Positions 37,378 through 47,986 of a stretch of 64,000 nt of DNA are shown in pieces. Each line of letters opens with the position of its first letter. Position 1 is the stretch's first letter. A program made the position numbers and the translations under genes. This stretch comes from an uncultured Chloroflexia bacterium. GTDB taxonomy: Bacteria > Chloroflexota > Limnocylindria > Limnocylindrales > CSP1-4. The notes under the pieces were generated by a model. The model was given only the letters and a program-made list of their open reading frames with translations, searched no databases and was not told the DNA's origin. The stretch is from positions 129,441 to 193,440 of the forward strand of contig CAWBTQ010000003.1 of assembly GCA_963791725.1 (NCBI GenBank), given 5' to 3'.

Positions 37378-39840
37378 TTGGCTGAAGAGACACCCGCCCC
37401 GACGACCCTCGGCCCGGCCGGCCGGAGGATGGTCCTCCTCATCTTCCTGCTCTCCGGTTTCGCCGGGCTCGTCTACGAAGTCGTGTGGGCTCGGCAGCTC
37501 GTTCTCGTCTTTGGCAACACGACCCAGGCGGTCTCCGCGATCCTGACCGGGTTCTTCGGCGGTATGGCCATCGGCAGTGTCGCTGGCGGGCGCCTGGCCG
37601 ACAGGGTGCGGAATCCGCTCCGGATGTACGCCCTTCTCGAGCTGCTGGTCGTCGTCTCCGTGCTGATCACACCGGCGTCGTTCCGAGGCCTGCATGAGGT
37701 CTATCGCGGCGCCTTCGCATCTCTCGAGCAGAACACGATGGCGCTCGCGCTGGTTCGGTTCGCTCTGGCGATCGCGGCGCTCGGGCCGTCAACGATCCTG
37801 ATGGGAGCGACGCTGCCGACGCTGTCGAGGTACCTGGTCCGGGACCACAGCCTGATGGGTCGGGAGTTCGGCAGCCTGTACACGGTCAACACGCTGGGCG
37901 CCATCCTCGGCACGCTCGCCTCCGGTCTCGTGCTCATCGAGTTGATCGGCCTGAGCGAGACTCTGATTGTCGGAACGTGCTTCTCGGGCGCCGCCGGCCT
38001 GGCGGCCCTGATACTGAGCGCGAAGATCGGGCGTCCGGTCGAGGCAGCCGCCGCTGCCACCTCGACACAGGGACCGGCAATCGAGCCCAATCCGGCGCCC
38101 CCGGCGAGGCCCGCTCTGGCAGTCGCTCCACGGCCCGCCGCCACTGCTCGGGCCGCCACCGCTCGCACCGACGCTTCGAGGCCACGGCCCGCCGCCCGAC
38201 GCGCCTCCACCGCCCGGCCGAGGCTGGCTCTAGCCCTGGCGTTCGTTTCAGGCCTTACGTCGCTGGCCTACCAGAACCTTTGGACGCGCATCCTGGCCTC
38301 CGGAACCGGAAGCTCGAGCTACGTCTTCACCTCGATCCTGGCGATCTTCCTGACCGGCATCACTATCGGGGCCTTCGTATACGCCCGATGGCTGTCGCGG
38401 ACCCGCCACCCCGTCGCCATCCTCGGCGCGGCCGAGCTGGCTCTGGCGGCCGTGGTTCTGGCCACGCTGGGCATCGAGACCAAGTTCTTCGTCGCCCTGA
38501 CCTTCGATTGGGAGCTCGCACTGGTCGTGCTGCCGGCCACCTTGATCATGGGCGTCGTCTTTCCGATGAGCTCGATGCTCGCCACCGACTCCGACGACCG
38601 GATCGGGACCAGTGCCGGCCTGCTCCTTGGGTCCAACACTCTGGGCGCGATCGTGGGCACCTTCGTCGTTCCGTTCTTCCTGATGCCGGCTCTTTCTTCG
38701 CCCCGGTCGGTCGTCCTGATCGCTCTCGTGAACGCCGCGATGGGCCTCGTCCTGCTGTGGGAGGCTCGGACTCTCAGCCTGCCGCGGCGGCGAGTCGGCT
38801 CGGCGCTTTCGGGTGTCGTGGCCGCGGCCGCAGTCGTGATCATGGTCGTGCCGAACAACCTCGTGGCCGACCCCAACATCAACGTCATGACGCGCGCCGG
38901 GGCTACGATCCTCCAGGATGCCGAGGACAACGTCGCGTCCGTGCAGGCGGTCCGTCTGGGCAACGCGAACCGGTCCCTGAGCCTGTATGTGGGCGGTTAC
39001 TCCATGACAGGCCTGTCTACCGACACCCGGATGATGGCCGACCTGCCGCTGATGGCCCGCCCGGACGCCAGGTCCATGTGCGTGATCGCCTTCGGCATGG
39101 GCTCGAGCTACAGGACTTCGCTCCTGGCCGGGCTCAAGGTGGACGCCGTGGAGCTTGTCCCGTCGGTGCCGGAGATGATGGGCAACTTCTTCGCCGACGC
39201 CGGCTCGGTCGAATCCAACCCCGACGGCCGGATCCTCATCGCCGACGGCCGCAATCACGTGGACCTGACCAGCGACTCATACGACCTGCTGATCGTGGAC
39301 CCGCCGCCTCCGATGAACAGCTCCGGCACGTCCGTCCTCTTTTCGCAGGAGTTCTATCAGTCGGCTCGGGCGCGGCTCAACACGGGTGGCGTGATGATGG
39401 AGTGGGAGTACGAAGGCCAGACCGTGGATGAGATGCGAAGCCACGTCGCGACGTTCCGGAGTGTCTTCAAGTACGTAACCCTGGTCTTCGGCGCTGCGGA
39501 ACCCACTGTGGGCGTGATGATGCTCGGCAGCGACGACCCGATCGATCTCACGGCGGCCGGAATCGAGTCGGTCCTTACGAGGCCGGGCATCGTCAACGAC
39601 CTGTCGAGCGCTCCCGATTCTCCGCCGGGCGTGACCACGGCGGCGGCGTGGCTGGCGCAGGTCCTCGGCAACGTCTGGCTCACCGGCAGCGACGTCGACA
39701 AGTTTGCCGCCGGAGGCACGATCATCACGGATGACCGGCCCTACACCGAATACGACCTGCTGCGGAGCCAGTTCGGGCCGAAGTCGCCTGAGGCGACCAG
39801 GACCAACCTGCTGAGGGTGATGCCGCCCTCGGCGCCATGA
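37378..39840 (+). CDS. Fused MFS-like membrane domain/spermidine synthase-like methyltransferase
   Basis: LSGFAGLVYEVVWAR, LYTVNTLGA, VDAVEL, ADGRN, YDLLIVDPPPP, TDDRPYTEY. Confidence 0.88.
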   Translation: MAEETPAPTTLGPAGRRMVLLIFLLSGFAGLVYEVVWARQLVLVFGNTTQAVSAILTGFFGGMAIGSVAGGRLADRVRNPLRMYALLELLVVVSVLITPASFRGLHEVYRGAFASLEQNTMALALVRFALAIAALGPSTILMGATLPTLSRYLVRDHSLMGREFGSLYTVNTLGAILGTLASGLVLIELIGLSETLIVGTCFSGAAGLAALILSAKIGRPVEAAAAATSTQGPAIEPNPAPPARPALAVAPRPAATARAATARTDASRPRPAARRASTARPRLALALAFVSGLTSLAYQNLWTRILASGTGSSSYVFTSILAIFLTGITIGAFVYARWLSRTRHPVAILGAAELALAAVVLATLGIETKFFVALTFDWELALVVLPATLIMGVVFPMSSMLATDSDDRIGTSAGLLLGSNTLGAIVGTFVVPFFLMPALSSPRSVVLIALVNAAMGLVLLWEARTLSLPRRRVGSALSGVVAAAAVVIMVVPNNLVADPNINVMTRAGATILQDAEDNVASVQAVRLGNANRSLSLYVGGYSMTGLSTDTRMMADLPLMARPDARSMCVIAFGMGSSYRTSLLAGLKVDAVELVPSVPEMMGNFFADAGSVESNPDGRILIADGRNHVDLTSDSYDLLIVDPPPPMNSSGTSVLFSQEFYQSARARLNTGGVMMEWEYEGQTVDEMRSHVATFRSVFKYVTLVFGAAEPTVGVMMLGSDDPIDLTAAGIESVLTRPGIVNDLSSAPDSPPGVTTAAAWLAQVLGNVWLTGSDVDKFAAGGTIITDDRPYTEYDLLRSQFGPKSPEATRTNLLRVMPPSAP

Positions 39841-39888
39841 CGCGGTCTACGCAACGCGGTCAACGCAGCGCGGCGATCCAGAGAATCA

Positions 39889-39916
39889 AGAACCCGACGA
39901 TTCCTCGTCGGGTTCT
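39889..39916. terminator. Hairpin between convergent genes, probable bidirectional terminator
   Basis: AGAACCCGACGA-TTCC-TCGTCGGGTTCT perfect 12-bp stem. Confidence 0.7.
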
Positions 39917-39949
39917 CTCATATATCGGCGGGGCCCCGCGGGCCCAAGG

Positions 39950-40276
39950 CTATGCGCGACGAGCGGTGAAGCAGTCGCTGCAGTAAACCGGCTTGGTGCC
40001 ACTGGGGCGGAAGGGGACCTGGGCCTCACGGCCGCAGCTCGAGCAAGTGGCCGAGAACATCTCGCGGGGGCCGGACGAGAACCCACCACGACTGCCGCCA
40101 CCGGTGTGCGCTCCGCCACCGAAGTCGCCGCGCTGGGCCTTGCGGGCCGCTCGGCAGGACGGGCAGCGACGCGGCTCGCTGAACTGGCGGTCTGCGTAGA
40201 ACTGCTGCTCGCTCGCGCTGAACACGAACTCCTGGTTGCAGTCCTGGCAAACCAGATTCTTATCCGATGCGTACAA
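39950..40276 (-). CDS. Zinc-ribbon (CxxC-x17-CxxC) protein with Gly-rich linker
   Basis: DKNLVCQDCNQEFVFSASEQQFY...PRRCPSC; ATCSSCG..VPF.P...PVYCSDC; AAGGAG before TTG. Confidence 0.88.
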   Translation of the reverse strand: MYASDKNLVCQDCNQEFVFSASEQQFYADRQFSEPRRCPSCRAARKAQRGDFGGGAHTGGGSRGGFSSGPREMFSATCSSCGREAQVPFRPSGTKPVYCSDCFTARRA

Positions 40277-40581
40277 AAAGAACGCTCCTTGCTCATGCGG
40301 CCTCAGCGACACGTCTGTCTCGCCGAGAACCGTTGAGAGGAGCGATCGTGGCAGCCGCTGGACCCGGGGCCTATTGGCCCGTCGGGCGGAGGGTACCACG
40401 TTGGCGGGCGGTTTTGTCTAGTGCTCGGTTACAAACTTCCGTACCCCAAAACCACCTCAGCACACGATCTGGACGCCGCCGCCGGCGAGGCCCGGGCGTA
40501 CGTCCAGGGCGATCCGCGCAGGGCACGGACACCCCGGACCCCGAAGCCATGCGGGCTCGCCGCCGAATGCCCGGGAAGTGG

Positions 40582-41184
40582 CTAGATTGGCATCCCCTTC
40601 TCGATGAATTCGAAGGCCCGATCCAGCTGGGCGAGCATGTCGACCGAACCCTCCTCGAGCATTGGGACCATGACGGCCATCAGGCCTCCCATGAGGGCTC
40701 CGGCGAAGATCCGCAGCTCGAAGTCGTCGGCCGGGCGACCCAGCCGCGCCGCCAGCTCGTCGGCGACCATCTGGGCCCCACGGATCATCTCGTGGACCGC
40801 GGCCTGGCGCAGTTCCGGCTCGGAGAAGAGCAGCCGACCCCGGCTCATCATCTCGTCGATCTGGTCCGAGCTCATCGATCCGAAGACCTCGACCATCGCG
40901 TTGCGGAAGGCCGAGATAGGGGGCACGTCCTCCGGCTGAGACCGCCACGCCGCGATGATCACAGGATCGAGCGCATCGTAGGCGACCACATCTTCCTTGG
41001 TTGGGAAGTAGCGGAAGAAGGTGCTCGGCGAAACCTCCGCCGCGTCCGCAATCTGCTCGACGGTCGTGGCGTCGTAGCCCTGCTCACGGAAGAGCCGCAG
41101 GGCGTGCTCCTGTATCGCGGCCCGAGTCTTCGCCTTCTTGCGCTCGCGTAGCCCGGGCCTGTCCATCGCCGGTGATTCGGTCAT
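40582..41184 (-). CDS. TetR family transcriptional regulator
   Basis: LRERKKAKTR, TTVEQIADAAEVSPSTFFRYFPTKED. Confidence 0.95.
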   Translation of the reverse strand: MTESPAMDRPGLRERKKAKTRAAIQEHALRLFREQGYDATTVEQIADAAEVSPSTFFRYFPTKEDVVAYDALDPVIIAAWRSQPEDVPPISAFRNAMVEVFGSMSSDQIDEMMSRGRLLFSEPELRQAAVHEMIRGAQMVADELAARLGRPADDFELRIFAGALMGGLMAVMVPMLEEGSVDMLAQLDRAFEFIEKGMPI

Positions 41185-41309
41185 GGCTACATTCTCGCGC
41201 GCGGCAGCCCTATCGTGCCAGTCGAAAGCACGCAATCGAGTTCTCGGCCGGTCGAGCGAGATCGGTGGCCGGCCGGCCGAGCCGCGCGGTTAGGGCGCAG
41301 CCGCCTAGG

Positions 41310-41756
41310 TCACTCTCGCTCCGTCACGAGGATCTCGCGCAGCTCTCGGAGCGCGAGCTCGAGGCGCTCCAGGTCCGGGCCATCCAACCCGGCGAGACGC
41401 TGCGATAGCCACGCCCGGGTGGCAGCCTGGCATTCATCGAGAGCCGATGCGCCGGCATCGGTCAGCTTGAGGTCGATCCGTCGCCGTTCCTTCGGATCCT
41501 GTGTCCGTGCCACCAGCCCGGATACGACGAGACGCTGGACGAGTTGCGAGGCGGCCGGCAGCGTCGTCCCGAGGTGATCGGCCACCGGGGAAAGGCTCGT
41601 TCCCGGATTGCGCCGGATGAAGAGCAAGAGGCGGAATTGAGGTACGGACATGCCCGGGGCGCGGCCGGCTCGCATCTGCGTCCGAATCGCGCGCATAGAC
41701 GGCGGGATCGTCTCGAGGATCGCGCTGGCTACTTCCGCGGGTGTCGTAGGTTTCAC
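41310..41756 (-). CDS. MarR family transcriptional regulator
   Basis: SVPQFRLL...LVQRLVVSGLVAR..DPKERR...LTDAG. Confidence 0.92.
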   Translation of the reverse strand: MKPTTPAEVASAILETIPPSMRAIRTQMRAGRAPGMSVPQFRLLLFIRRNPGTSLSPVADHLGTTLPAASQLVQRLVVSGLVARTQDPKERRRIDLKLTDAGASALDECQAATRAWLSQRLAGLDGPDLERLELALRELREILVTERE

Positions 41757-41768
41757 AAGAACATGGTA

Positions 41769-41790
41769 CATTAGTTAATGCCGCTAACGA
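41769..41790. promoter_or_regulatory. Candidate MarR operator in divergent marR/ABC gap
   Basis: AT-rich TAGTTA-N7-TAACGA and CATTA-GT-TAATG inverted repeats. Confidence 0.5.
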
Positions 41791-41856
41791 TTGGCGTATA
41801 TGCAACGTCGGCCGTCCGGCCAAAGCGCCGACCAGGCCCGCTCATAAGAGGATCGG

Positions 41857-42666
41857 ATGCCTCCAGCCATTGCCATCCACGAATTGACCAGGCGCTTCGA
41901 CACCGTGACCGCCGTCGATGCGCTCACGCTCGACGTCCAGGCCGGCGAGGTATTCGGGCTGCTCGGACCCAACGGCGCCGGCAAGACGACCACGATCAAG
42001 ATGTTGATCACGCTCCTGCCACCGAGTGGCGGCGGGGCCACGGTGGCCGGCCACGACATCCTGCGCGACCCGCGTCTCGTGCGACGGTCGATCGGCTATG
42101 TGCCGCAGCTCCTTTCCTCCGACGGCGCGCTGTCGGCTCGCGAGAACCTGATGACCAGCGCCCGCCTCTACCACCTCCCGATGTCGGAGCGCCGCCCGCG
42201 TATCGACGACGCGCTCAGGTTCATGGCCCTCGAGTCGGCCGCGGACCGGCTCGTGCGAACCTTCTCCGGAGGCATGGTCCGGCGGCTGGAAATAGCCCAG
42301 GCGATGCTCCATCGACCCGAGGTTCTCTTCCTCGACGAACCGACCGTGGGCCTGGATCCCAACGCCCGGCGAGCCGTCTGGGGCCACATCCGCGAGCTGC
42401 GCGAGGCCGAAGGCACGACGATCCTGCTCACGACGCATTACATGGACGAAGCTGCCGAGCTGTGCGGACGCGTCGGGTTCATGCACCTGGGAAGGCTCGT
42501 GGCGCTGGGGACTCCGGCCGAGCTGTCCAGGCAGGCTGGTCCCGGCAAGGATCTCGACGATGCATTCACTCATTTCACCGGCTCGGAGCTATCCGAGGCC
42601 GGTGAGCAAGGAGGTCAATTCCGTGACGTCGCTCGAACGCGCCGAACGGCCCGCCGTTTGGGCTGA
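41857..42666 (+). CDS. DrrA-like ABC exporter ATP-binding protein
   Basis: GPNGAGKTT, FSGGMVRRLEIA, LDEPTVGLDP, TTHYMDEA. Confidence 0.94.
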   Translation: MPPAIAIHELTRRFDTVTAVDALTLDVQAGEVFGLLGPNGAGKTTTIKMLITLLPPSGGGATVAGHDILRDPRLVRRSIGYVPQLLSSDGALSARENLMTSARLYHLPMSERRPRIDDALRFMALESAADRLVRTFSGGMVRRLEIAQAMLHRPEVLFLDEPTVGLDPNARRAVWGHIRELREAEGTTILLTTHYMDEAAELCGRVGFMHLGRLVALGTPAELSRQAGPGKDLDDAFTHFTGSELSEAGEQGGQFRDVARTRRTARRLG

Positions 42667-43450
42667 GCCGGCGGCGCCATTCCGGTTCGTCCTCGACGCC
42701 TGGACGATCGCCGAAGGCGAACTGCGCAAGCTCCGCCACGACCCCACCGAGCTTCTCACCCGGGCCGTACAGCCGATACTCTGGCTGCTCGTCTTCGGCC
42801 AGGTGCTGGCGTCGAGGAACGTCATCCCGACCGGCAATCTCGGCTACATGGACTTCCTGGCGCCGGGCATCCTGGCCCAGAGCGCTCTCTTCTCGGCCAT
42901 CTTCTTCGGCATCGCCGTCATCTGGGAGCGCGACCTCGGAGTTCTCCACAAGTACCTGGTGAGCCCGGCCTCACGCGGCGCTCTGGTAACCGGCAAGGCT
43001 CTTGCCGGCGGTCTCCGGTCGCTCGTCCAGGCGGCCATGGTCTACGTCCTGGCGCTGGTCATCGGCGTCCATCTCCGGCTCGACCCGATCTCGCTGGTCG
43101 CAGTGGCGGCGGTCGTGGTCATGGGCTCGGCCGCGTTCGCGACTTTCTCCCTCGTGATCGCCTGCCTGGTCCGGACCCGCGAGCGGTTCATGGGCATCGG
43201 CCAGATCCTGACCATGCCGCTGTTCTTCGCCAGCAGCGCCATCTACCCGATCTCGATGATGCCCGGCTGGCTACAGGTCGTGGCCCAGGTCAACCCGCTC
43301 ACCTATCAGGTGGACGCGCTCCGATCGTTGATGCTCCAGGGTACGACGCCGACGCTTCAGGAGATCGGCCTGGACTTCGGCGTGCTCACGCTGACCACCG
43401 TGGTCCTGATCGTCATCGCGGCCCGGCTGTATCCGCGCCTGGCGCAGTAG
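42623..43450 (+). CDS. ABC-2 type permease
   Basis: FLAPGILAQ, PLFFASSAIYP, NPLTY; AGGAGG RBS before GTG. Confidence 0.92.
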   Translation: MTSLERAERPAVWAEPAAPFRFVLDAWTIAEGELRKLRHDPTELLTRAVQPILWLLVFGQVLASRNVIPTGNLGYMDFLAPGILAQSALFSAIFFGIAVIWERDLGVLHKYLVSPASRGALVTGKALAGGLRSLVQAAMVYVLALVIGVHLRLDPISLVAVAAVVVMGSAAFATFSLVIACLVRTRERFMGIGQILTMPLFFASSAIYPISMMPGWLQVVAQVNPLTYQVDALRSLMLQGTTPTLQEIGLDFGVLTLTTVVLIVIAARLYPRLAQ

Positions 43451-43694
43451 CCCGACGCGCGGCGGGGCCGCGGCGCGGGGGCCCGGGCGTGCGAATGAAC
43501 CACAGGTGGTCGCCGCGAGAAGACTGGAGCCGACACCAAACGGGTGAGGCTGCGGCAGGGGACTAGCGGCTTGGAGCGTCAGGCCTCAGCTTGACCTGCC
43601 CCGGTGCCCGATCGACTATGGTGGCCTGACTGCCCCCGTTGGGCGCAGCCATCGGCTTGGCATCGGATGTGACACCTTGCTCAAGTGGCGAACG

Positions 43695-45227
43695 ATGGCA
43701 CTTCGTCGAGTGGCGGCGGGTCTAGTCCTCGTCCTGGCGGCGGCTTGCTCGCCGGCAGTCACTCCGCATCCGGTGACGCCGAGCCCTGCTCCCGTGGCCG
43801 CGAGCCCGTCCCCCACGCCGGGCTTCGCGGTGGACCTCGGGCTCGGCGAGCCGCTCGACCCCACACTCGGCAATCCCGGCTACGACGTCGGCCACTACCA
43901 GCTCGATCTCGTGTACGACCCAGACCGCGTCTGGCTCGACGCGACGGTCACCTTGACGGCCGGGGCGACGGCGAGCCTCTCCTCCGTCAATGTCGACTTC
44001 GTCGGCTTCGAGGTTGAGGAGGTGAGCGTCGACGGCCAACCGGCGACGTTCGCCAGGACCGATCGGGACATGACCGTTCGGCCGCGAACCCCTATCGCGG
44101 AAGGGCGGCAGTTCGAGCTGACCGTTCAGTACCGCGGCAAGCCGCAGCCCTTCGAGTCGTCTTCGGGTGTGCCGGTCCGCCTTGGCTGGAACGTCTCCCC
44201 GTCTGGGACGAGCTACGTCGTGTCCGAGCCGGACGGTGCGCGAGGCTGGTTCCCCTGCAACGACGTCCCCTGGGACAAGGCCACGTACACGTTCCGACTT
44301 ACCGTCCCGAGCGGCCTCGTCGCGGCCGGGAACGGCGTCCTGGAGGACAAGGTCGCCCAGGGCGACCGAACGACGTGGGTATGGCAGATGGCCGACCCAA
44401 TGGCGACGTATCTCGCGACGGTCGTCATCGGCGACTACCAGATCGTGGACGACCCAGCGGCGAGTGCGGTTGCGGGCGTCCCGATCCGGAACCTGCTCCC
44501 ATCCGGTGCCTCGGCGTACCCGACAGGCCTCTCGCAGAACGGGTCCGGCGTCTTCGTTGTGCCGGAGGCCGGGTATGACGCCGAGGCCATCGCGCGGCAA
44601 GGCGAGATGATCGCGTTCCTGAGCCAGTACCTGGGGCCTTTCCCGTTCGACACCTACGGCGTCGCCTTCGTCCCCGGCGCCATCGGCGCGCTGGAGGATC
44701 AGACGCTCACCGTGACCGGAGCGACCTTCGACAACCTGCTCGCGCACGAGCTCGCCCACCAGTGGCTTGGCGACGACGTCTCGCCCGCATCGTGGAAGGA
44801 CGTCTGGCTCAGCGAGGGCTTCGCGACGTACATGGAATGGCTGTGGGACGAGCATCAGGGCAAGACGACCGTCGCCGAGCTCGCCGCCTTCGAGTACGAC
44901 CAGGTACGGGGCCTGCCGCCACCGGGGAATCCACCTCTGAACGATCTCTTTGGCCGATCCGTATACGGCCGCGGCGCTCTGACGCTCTATGCCCTGCGGG
45001 CTCGGATCGGCGACGAGGCGTTCCTCGCGACGCTCCGAGCCTGGGTCGAGCGGTTCGGCGGTCGCTCGGCCACCACCCAGGACTTCATCGCCCTGGCTGA
45101 GGAGGTCTCCGGTGGGGACCTGACGGCGTTCTTCCAGGGCTGGCTCTACGCGGCCACGATGCCGGAGCTGCCAGCGGCACCCGTTACGCCTGGACGGTCG
45201 CCGACACCTGTGCTGTCTCCGAGCTAA
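43695..45227 (+). CDS. M1 family zinc aminopeptidase, lipoprotein
   Basis: LAAAC lipobox, GNPGYDV.HY, WFPCND, GALED, HELAHQW...WLSEGFA. Confidence 0.92.
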   Translation: MALRRVAAGLVLVLAAACSPAVTPHPVTPSPAPVAASPSPTPGFAVDLGLGEPLDPTLGNPGYDVGHYQLDLVYDPDRVWLDATVTLTAGATASLSSVNVDFVGFEVEEVSVDGQPATFARTDRDMTVRPRTPIAEGRQFELTVQYRGKPQPFESSSGVPVRLGWNVSPSGTSYVVSEPDGARGWFPCNDVPWDKATYTFRLTVPSGLVAAGNGVLEDKVAQGDRTTWVWQMADPMATYLATVVIGDYQIVDDPAASAVAGVPIRNLLPSGASAYPTGLSQNGSGVFVVPEAGYDAEAIARQGEMIAFLSQYLGPFPFDTYGVAFVPGAIGALEDQTLTVTGATFDNLLAHELAHQWLGDDVSPASWKDVWLSEGFATYMEWLWDEHQGKTTVAELAAFEYDQVRGLPPPGNPPLNDLFGRSVYGRGALTLYALRARIGDEAFLATLRAWVERFGGRSATTQDFIALAEEVSGGDLTAFFQGWLYAATMPELPAAPVTPGRSPTPVLSPS

Positions 45228-45317
45228 GTCACTCGGAACGGGGGACCTCGATCCCTGGTCGGGAGGCAGGGCGGGCGGGCAGGCGATGCCACTCGATCGG
45301 GACCTGCGCCGATCGAC

Positions 45318-46431
45318 TTAGCTCCTCTCCCGACTCGGATCTGGATGGGTCAGCTCGCGGTCGGCAGAGGCGATCGTCTGGAGCATCTGGGCCTTCTGGG
45401 CGTCCACTCGGTCGAGGGCGGCGTTGACCTCGATCCAGGCCGCACGAACGAGCGCCATCCGCCCGCCCGGGCCCGAGACCCCGGCCGTCAGGGCCGCGGC
45501 CTGTCCGGCCATAGAATCGGCGGCCTGGCGCGCGGCCTCGAGTTGTTCGAGGGCGAGGCGCTGACTGGCCGCGGCGTTGGCGACCATTGCCGCCGTGCGC
45601 AGGGCGGCCGTGGTCGTGCCAATAGCCGACGCCAGGGCCCGGATCACGTCCGCGTTGCTGTCCTCGACGATCCGCAAGGCCGCGTAGCCCTGGGTCACCA
45701 CGGCCAGCTGGGTGAGTATCTCGCGGTGGCGGCGCCTCACGACCGACAAGACGTCGAGGCGCAGCGCCTGCGCACGGGACGCGTCGATGGCGGCGATCTC
45801 GTCGATGCGGACCGTGAGCGACTCGTCGATCCGGCCGGCCAGGAACGCGTACTGTCGCAGCGTCTCCATCTCCGTCGCGAGCGACGCCTGCTCGATCAGA
45901 ATCGCGGCGTTGTCCTGGTCGAGGGCCAGCCGCCCTTCGGTGAGCGACGCCAGGATCGATTGGAGCCGCGGCTGGGCCCGCTCAAATCTCTCGAAGTAGC
46001 GGTCCAGCTCCTCGAGTTCGTCGCGGGCCGAGCTCCGGCCCCCGAGCTTCAGCCGCGCCGGATCCAGCTCGACCGCTGCCTTGCGGAGGTCCGCCAGCTG
46101 CCGCGCCAGCGGCGCCTTCGAGGCGAGGAGACTGCTGACACCGCGGAACCGGCGATCCAGGACCTGACCGCTCAACGCCGCCGTGGCGATGAAGTCGCGC
46201 TCACCGAGATGATCGATCGCGGCGACGGCGCGGGCATATTCGCCCGAGCCGTCGGTGACTGTCACGACAGAATTCGACGAACTCGGCCGCTAGACTCGCG
46301 ATCCGTTCCACCGCGGCCGGATCGATGTCGATGACGTCCTGGCTGGGCTCCTCGCCCATCGGCTCCGAAACCAGTCCCGGCGGGGCCGGTGCGGGTTCCG
46401 CCGGGTCAGCTGGCTTGTGAGTCTGGTTCAT
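45318..46431 (-). pseudogene. TelA-like toxic anion resistance protein with +1 frameshift near 46269-46275
   Basis: Coiled-coil body (LRKAAVELDP, LDQDNA, QLAVVTQGY); N-terminus MNQTH... in another frame, joined if one base of GAATTCT is removed. Confidence 0.65.
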
Positions 46432-46447
46432 GGGACCGACGAAGCGA

Positions 46448-47986
46448 TTACCCCTTGGTGACGTCGGGCGCCGCCGGGGCATCGTCCGCCGGCTTCGGGG
46501 CGTCGGCCACTTTCGGGGCTCGTCGGGCAGGAGCCGCGGGCGCCGGAGCGGCGGCTACCGGCTTGGGAGCCGGGCCGTTACCCCTTCCCTTGCCGTCCGT
46601 CGGCTCGGCCAGCGAATTGGCCAGCAGGGGCGTGATGGTGTTCCGAGCGATGCTCACGAGAGCACCGGCTTGCTGGATCACTTCTCCGAGGGCGCTCGTC
46701 ACGCCCTGGGCACCGTTCAGTACCGTGAACTGCCCGACGTGCTCGAACGGCGATGCCGCCGCCCGAACGATATCCGGCATCAGCTGGGCGATCTGCTGAG
46801 CGATGACCGCTTCCTGGTTCTGGCTGAGGGCCGACGCGCGGCTCTCGATGCCGGTGGCCTCGGCCATGGCTTTGGCCTTGATCGCGTCGGCCTCGGCCAG
46901 ACCGCGGGCCTTGATCGCGTCGCCGTCGGCCTGGCCGTTGATCCGGGTGGCGTCGGCTTGGGCCTCGGCCTGGACCTTGACCGCCGCCGCCTGAGCTTCG
47001 GCGGCCAGGCGGACTTCCTGAGCGGCGGCCTCGGCCTGGCGGATGCGGACGTCGCGCCCTGCGGCCGCGAGCGTTGTCTGGCGATAGGCTTCGGCGTCGG
47101 CCGGCTTGCGAACGTCGACCTGAAGCTGCTGTTCCTTCTGCTGGGCCTGCAACTCGGCGACGCGGGTTTCCTGCTCGACGACGGCCTGGCGAGCCTGGGC
47201 CTCGGCGAGAGGACCCTGCTGGGAGGCCATCTTCTGCGCCTTGTCGATTTCGGCCTGGAAGCCCGCCTTCTTGATCTCGGTGCTCCGGATCGACTCGGCG
47301 ATCTGAGCCTGGGCGGTCTGCTCCTGGGCGACGGCGGTCTGGTCGGCCTGGGCTCGGGCGATGCGGGCGTTCTGCTCGACCTCGGCCTGGTGCGGCACGG
47401 CCAGGTTCTCGATGTAATTGGACGGGCTTGTGATGGCCTGGATCTGGAAGCTGTCGATGACGAGCCCGAAGGACTCCATCTCGACCGTGCAGCGCTCGCG
47501 GACCTGCTGGGCGAACTTGTCCTGATCGCTGATCATCTCCTCGACGGTCATCGATCCGGCGATCGCCCGCAGGTGGCCGACGAATACGTTCATGACCTTG
47601 GATTCCAGCTCCTGGGCCGGGCGGTCCAGGAAGCGGCGAGCGGCGTTGGCGATCGAACGGTTGTCGTCGCCGACCTTGTAGACGACCACGCCTCGCAGGT
47701 CCAGGCGGATCTTCTGCTGGCTCACGCAGGGCACGGTGATCTCGCTCTCGTGGGCCATGAGCGAGAGGGTGCGTACCTTGACGAGGCCGGGCAGAACGAG
47801 GGTCCCGCTGCCGGTGATGATCTTGAAGCCCATGCCCTCCGACTGACCCTTGCGGATCGCGGAGATGATGAGAGCCTCATCCGGCTCGGCGATGCGCCAC
47901 ATCGACTTGAAGAGCAGCAGCAACAGGATCGCGGCGATGATGATCACGCCGAAGACCACTGCCACGAACACCTGAGAATCACTCAT
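46448..47986 (-). CDS. Flotillin/SPFH domain protein
   Basis: N-terminal TM, EALIIS, GHLRAIAG.MTVEE, AEA-rich coiled coil, KPADAEAY. Confidence 0.92.
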   Translation of the reverse strand: MSDSQVFVAVVFGVIIIAAILLLLLFKSMWRIAEPDEALIISAIRKGQSEGMGFKIITGSGTLVLPGLVKVRTLSLMAHESEITVPCVSQQKIRLDLRGVVVYKVGDDNRSIANAARRFLDRPAQELESKVMNVFVGHLRAIAGSMTVEEMISDQDKFAQQVRERCTVEMESFGLVIDSFQIQAITSPSNYIENLAVPHQAEVEQNARIARAQADQTAVAQEQTAQAQIAESIRSTEIKKAGFQAEIDKAQKMASQQGPLAEAQARQAVVEQETRVAELQAQQKEQQLQVDVRKPADAEAYRQTTLAAAGRDVRIRQAEAAAQEVRLAAEAQAAAVKVQAEAQADATRINGQADGDAIKARGLAEADAIKAKAMAEATGIESRASALSQNQEAVIAQQIAQLMPDIVRAAASPFEHVGQFTVLNGAQGVTSALGEVIQQAGALVSIARNTITPLLANSLAEPTDGKGRGNGPAPKPVAAAPAPAAPARRAPKVADAPKPADDAPAAPDVTKG

